Shown piece after piece: positions 62,272 to 64,000 of a stretch of DNA of 64,000 nucleotides; the first letter of the stretch is position 1; every line of letters starts with the position of its first letter. The notes below the pieces were generated by a model, which was given only the letters and a program-made list of their open reading frames with translations, had not been told where the DNA came from and did no database searches. The position numbers and the translations under genes are program-made. Origin of the DNA: Yuukianura sp. NJ FZ-2021 (taxonomy: Eukaryota); the NCBI GenBank assembly GCA_046563655.1, contig CM102285.1, positions 4,464,001 to 4,528,000 of the forward strand. Direction: 5' to 3'.

Positions 62272-63363
62272 AATCGGAAAGCGAACCGCTTGCACCACCT
62301 CACTAGCGCATAGACCACGGTGGCTTTGATTACGTTAAAATTTTTGCGGCAAACAACAACTAATGCATAGCGTCAACTTCCTATGCGCGATACAGTGACA
62401 AATAAGCATCCCGATTGAATTGTTAAAACGTCTTCACATTTTTCGCATTTTTAATCGGAAAGCGAACCGCTTGCACCACTTCACTAGCGCATAGACCACG
62501 GTGGCTTTGATTACGTTAAAAATTTTTGCGGCAAACAACAACTAATGCATAGCGTCAACTTCCTATGCGCGATACAGTGACAAATATGCATCCCGATTGA
62601 ATTGTTAAAACGTCTTCACATTTTTCGCATTTTTAATCGGAAAGCGAACCGCTTGCACCACTTCACTAGCGCATAGACCACGGTGGCTTTGATTACGTTA
62701 AAAAAATTTTGCGGCAAACAACAACTAATGCATAGCGTCAACTTCCTATGCGCGATACAGTGACAAATAAGCATCCCGATTGAATTGTTAAAACGTCTTC
62801 ACATTTTTCGCATTTTTAATCGGAAAGCGAACCGCTTGCACCACTTCACTAGCGCATAGACCACGGTGGCTTTGAATACGTTAAAATTTTTGCGGCAAAC
62901 AACAACTAATGCACAGCGTCAACTTCCTATGCGCGATACAGTGACAAATATGCATCCCGATTGAATTGTTAAAACGTCTTCACATTTTTCGCATTTTTAA
63001 TCGGAAAGCGAACCGCTTGCACCACTTCACTAGCGCATAGACCACGGTGGCTTTGAATACGTTAAAAAATTTTTGCGGCAAACAACAACTAATGCATAGC
63101 GTCAACTTCCTATGCGCGATACAGTGACAAATATGCATCCCGATTGAATTGTTAAAACGTCTTCACATTTTTCGCATTTTTAATCGGAAAGCGAACCGCT
63201 TGCACCACTTCACTAGCGCATAGACCACGGTGGCTTTGATTACGTTAAAAAATTTTTGCGGCAAACAACAACTAATGCATAGCGTCAACTTCCTATGCGC
63301 GATACAGTGACAAATAAGCATCCCGATTGAATTGTTAAAACGTCTTCACATTTTTCGCATTTT
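62272..63363 (+). repeat. Satellite B array, 6 x 182 bp
   Basis: Same monomer as the first array. Confidence 0.97.
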
Positions 63364-64000
63364 AGTCTTCTGGAGACGCACGTCTACGACGTGCTGAAGA
63401 AGACTATTGATACGACTTTGTCTGTCTGTCCGTCCGTCCGTTCGCTTTTTTAGTATCTTTTGCACTGAAACATAAGCCCCATCGCAGTCGGGGGGTTATG
63501 TTTGGCTCAAGTATTTTCATTAGTTCTACATTGCACTCAAAGTCTTACATTAACAACGCACAAAGTTTGCCTCTGCATCGCGTTACTGTTTCTTAAGTCC
63601 TCAAAATTTTTGCGTTAGGTCTGCATTATACTCAAAATATTTATTAACAACGAAGTTTTGATCTGGTCATTTTCTGGCAGTTAGTTTAATTACGTTGTTA
63701 AATTAAGCCAAATTAGAGGGTAGAAATTCCGGCTTAAATTCGTAATACGTAAACAGTGCCTTGTAGGGTTCAAAGTTCCTTTCTCAATAATTTTGATCAT
63801 AAACAAGGGATATTCGAGTTTATAACTTATGCACTTAATTTAACACATGGTGCATTTATTTGAACCGATTTTGATTTTATAGAAGTTATATTCGATGCCT
63901 ACTCCTCAACGTTCAATTTTGATCAATTTGAACAACGAAGTTTTGATCTTCTCATTTTCTGACATTATGTTTAGTTACGTTGTTAAATTAAGACTGATTA
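63364..64000 (+). mobile_element. HINE/DINE-like element, cut by the window edge
   Basis: Matches the first ~640 nt of 61030-62271. Confidence 0.75.

Noticed and set aside
52505..63363. CRISPR array
   Set aside because: The monomers are contiguous and near-identical with no unique spacers; the context is eukaryotic and there are no cas genes.
1..64000. tRNA/rRNA genes or prokaryotic operons
   Set aside because: None recognised by eye; a tRNAscan-SE/Infernal run would be needed to exclude small RNAs.

Overview
AT-rich eukaryotic DNA with short GT-AG introns, most likely an arthropod. The gene families suggest a soil hexapod such as a springtail, but this is inference only. Genes in order: (1) a minus-strand NACHT NTPase-pentapeptide-repeat (NLR-like) gene running off the left edge, absent from the ORF track, which resembles NACHT-pentapeptide-WD40 proteins of Mortierellaceae fungi and their Mycoavidus symbionts; (2) an atypical CYP51/CYP7-like P450 lacking the I-helix Thr motif; (3) two TMEM53/DUF829 paralogs flanking a full-length, frameshifted BEL/Pao LTR retrotransposon; (4) a secreted C-type lectin with a Cys-Gly tail; (5) a bacterial-type cytosolic UDP-glycosyltransferase; (6) a divergent ionotropic-receptor-like gene; (7) a pancreatic-lipase-family gene whose spliced product ends in KDEL; (8) a divergent TRPA-like channel; (9) an EF-hand fragment. 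Intergenic and intronic space is crowded with MITE, foldback and Helentron-derived elements. From about 50.4 kb the window is satellite DNA: a short 182-bp array, then a composite array of an unrelated 182-bp monomer (blocks of 1, 24, 16 and 6 copies) alternating with a ~1.24-kb DINE/HINE-like element. Both components of the composite array have Helentron-type ends. All exon models and homologies were read by eye; no searches were run.
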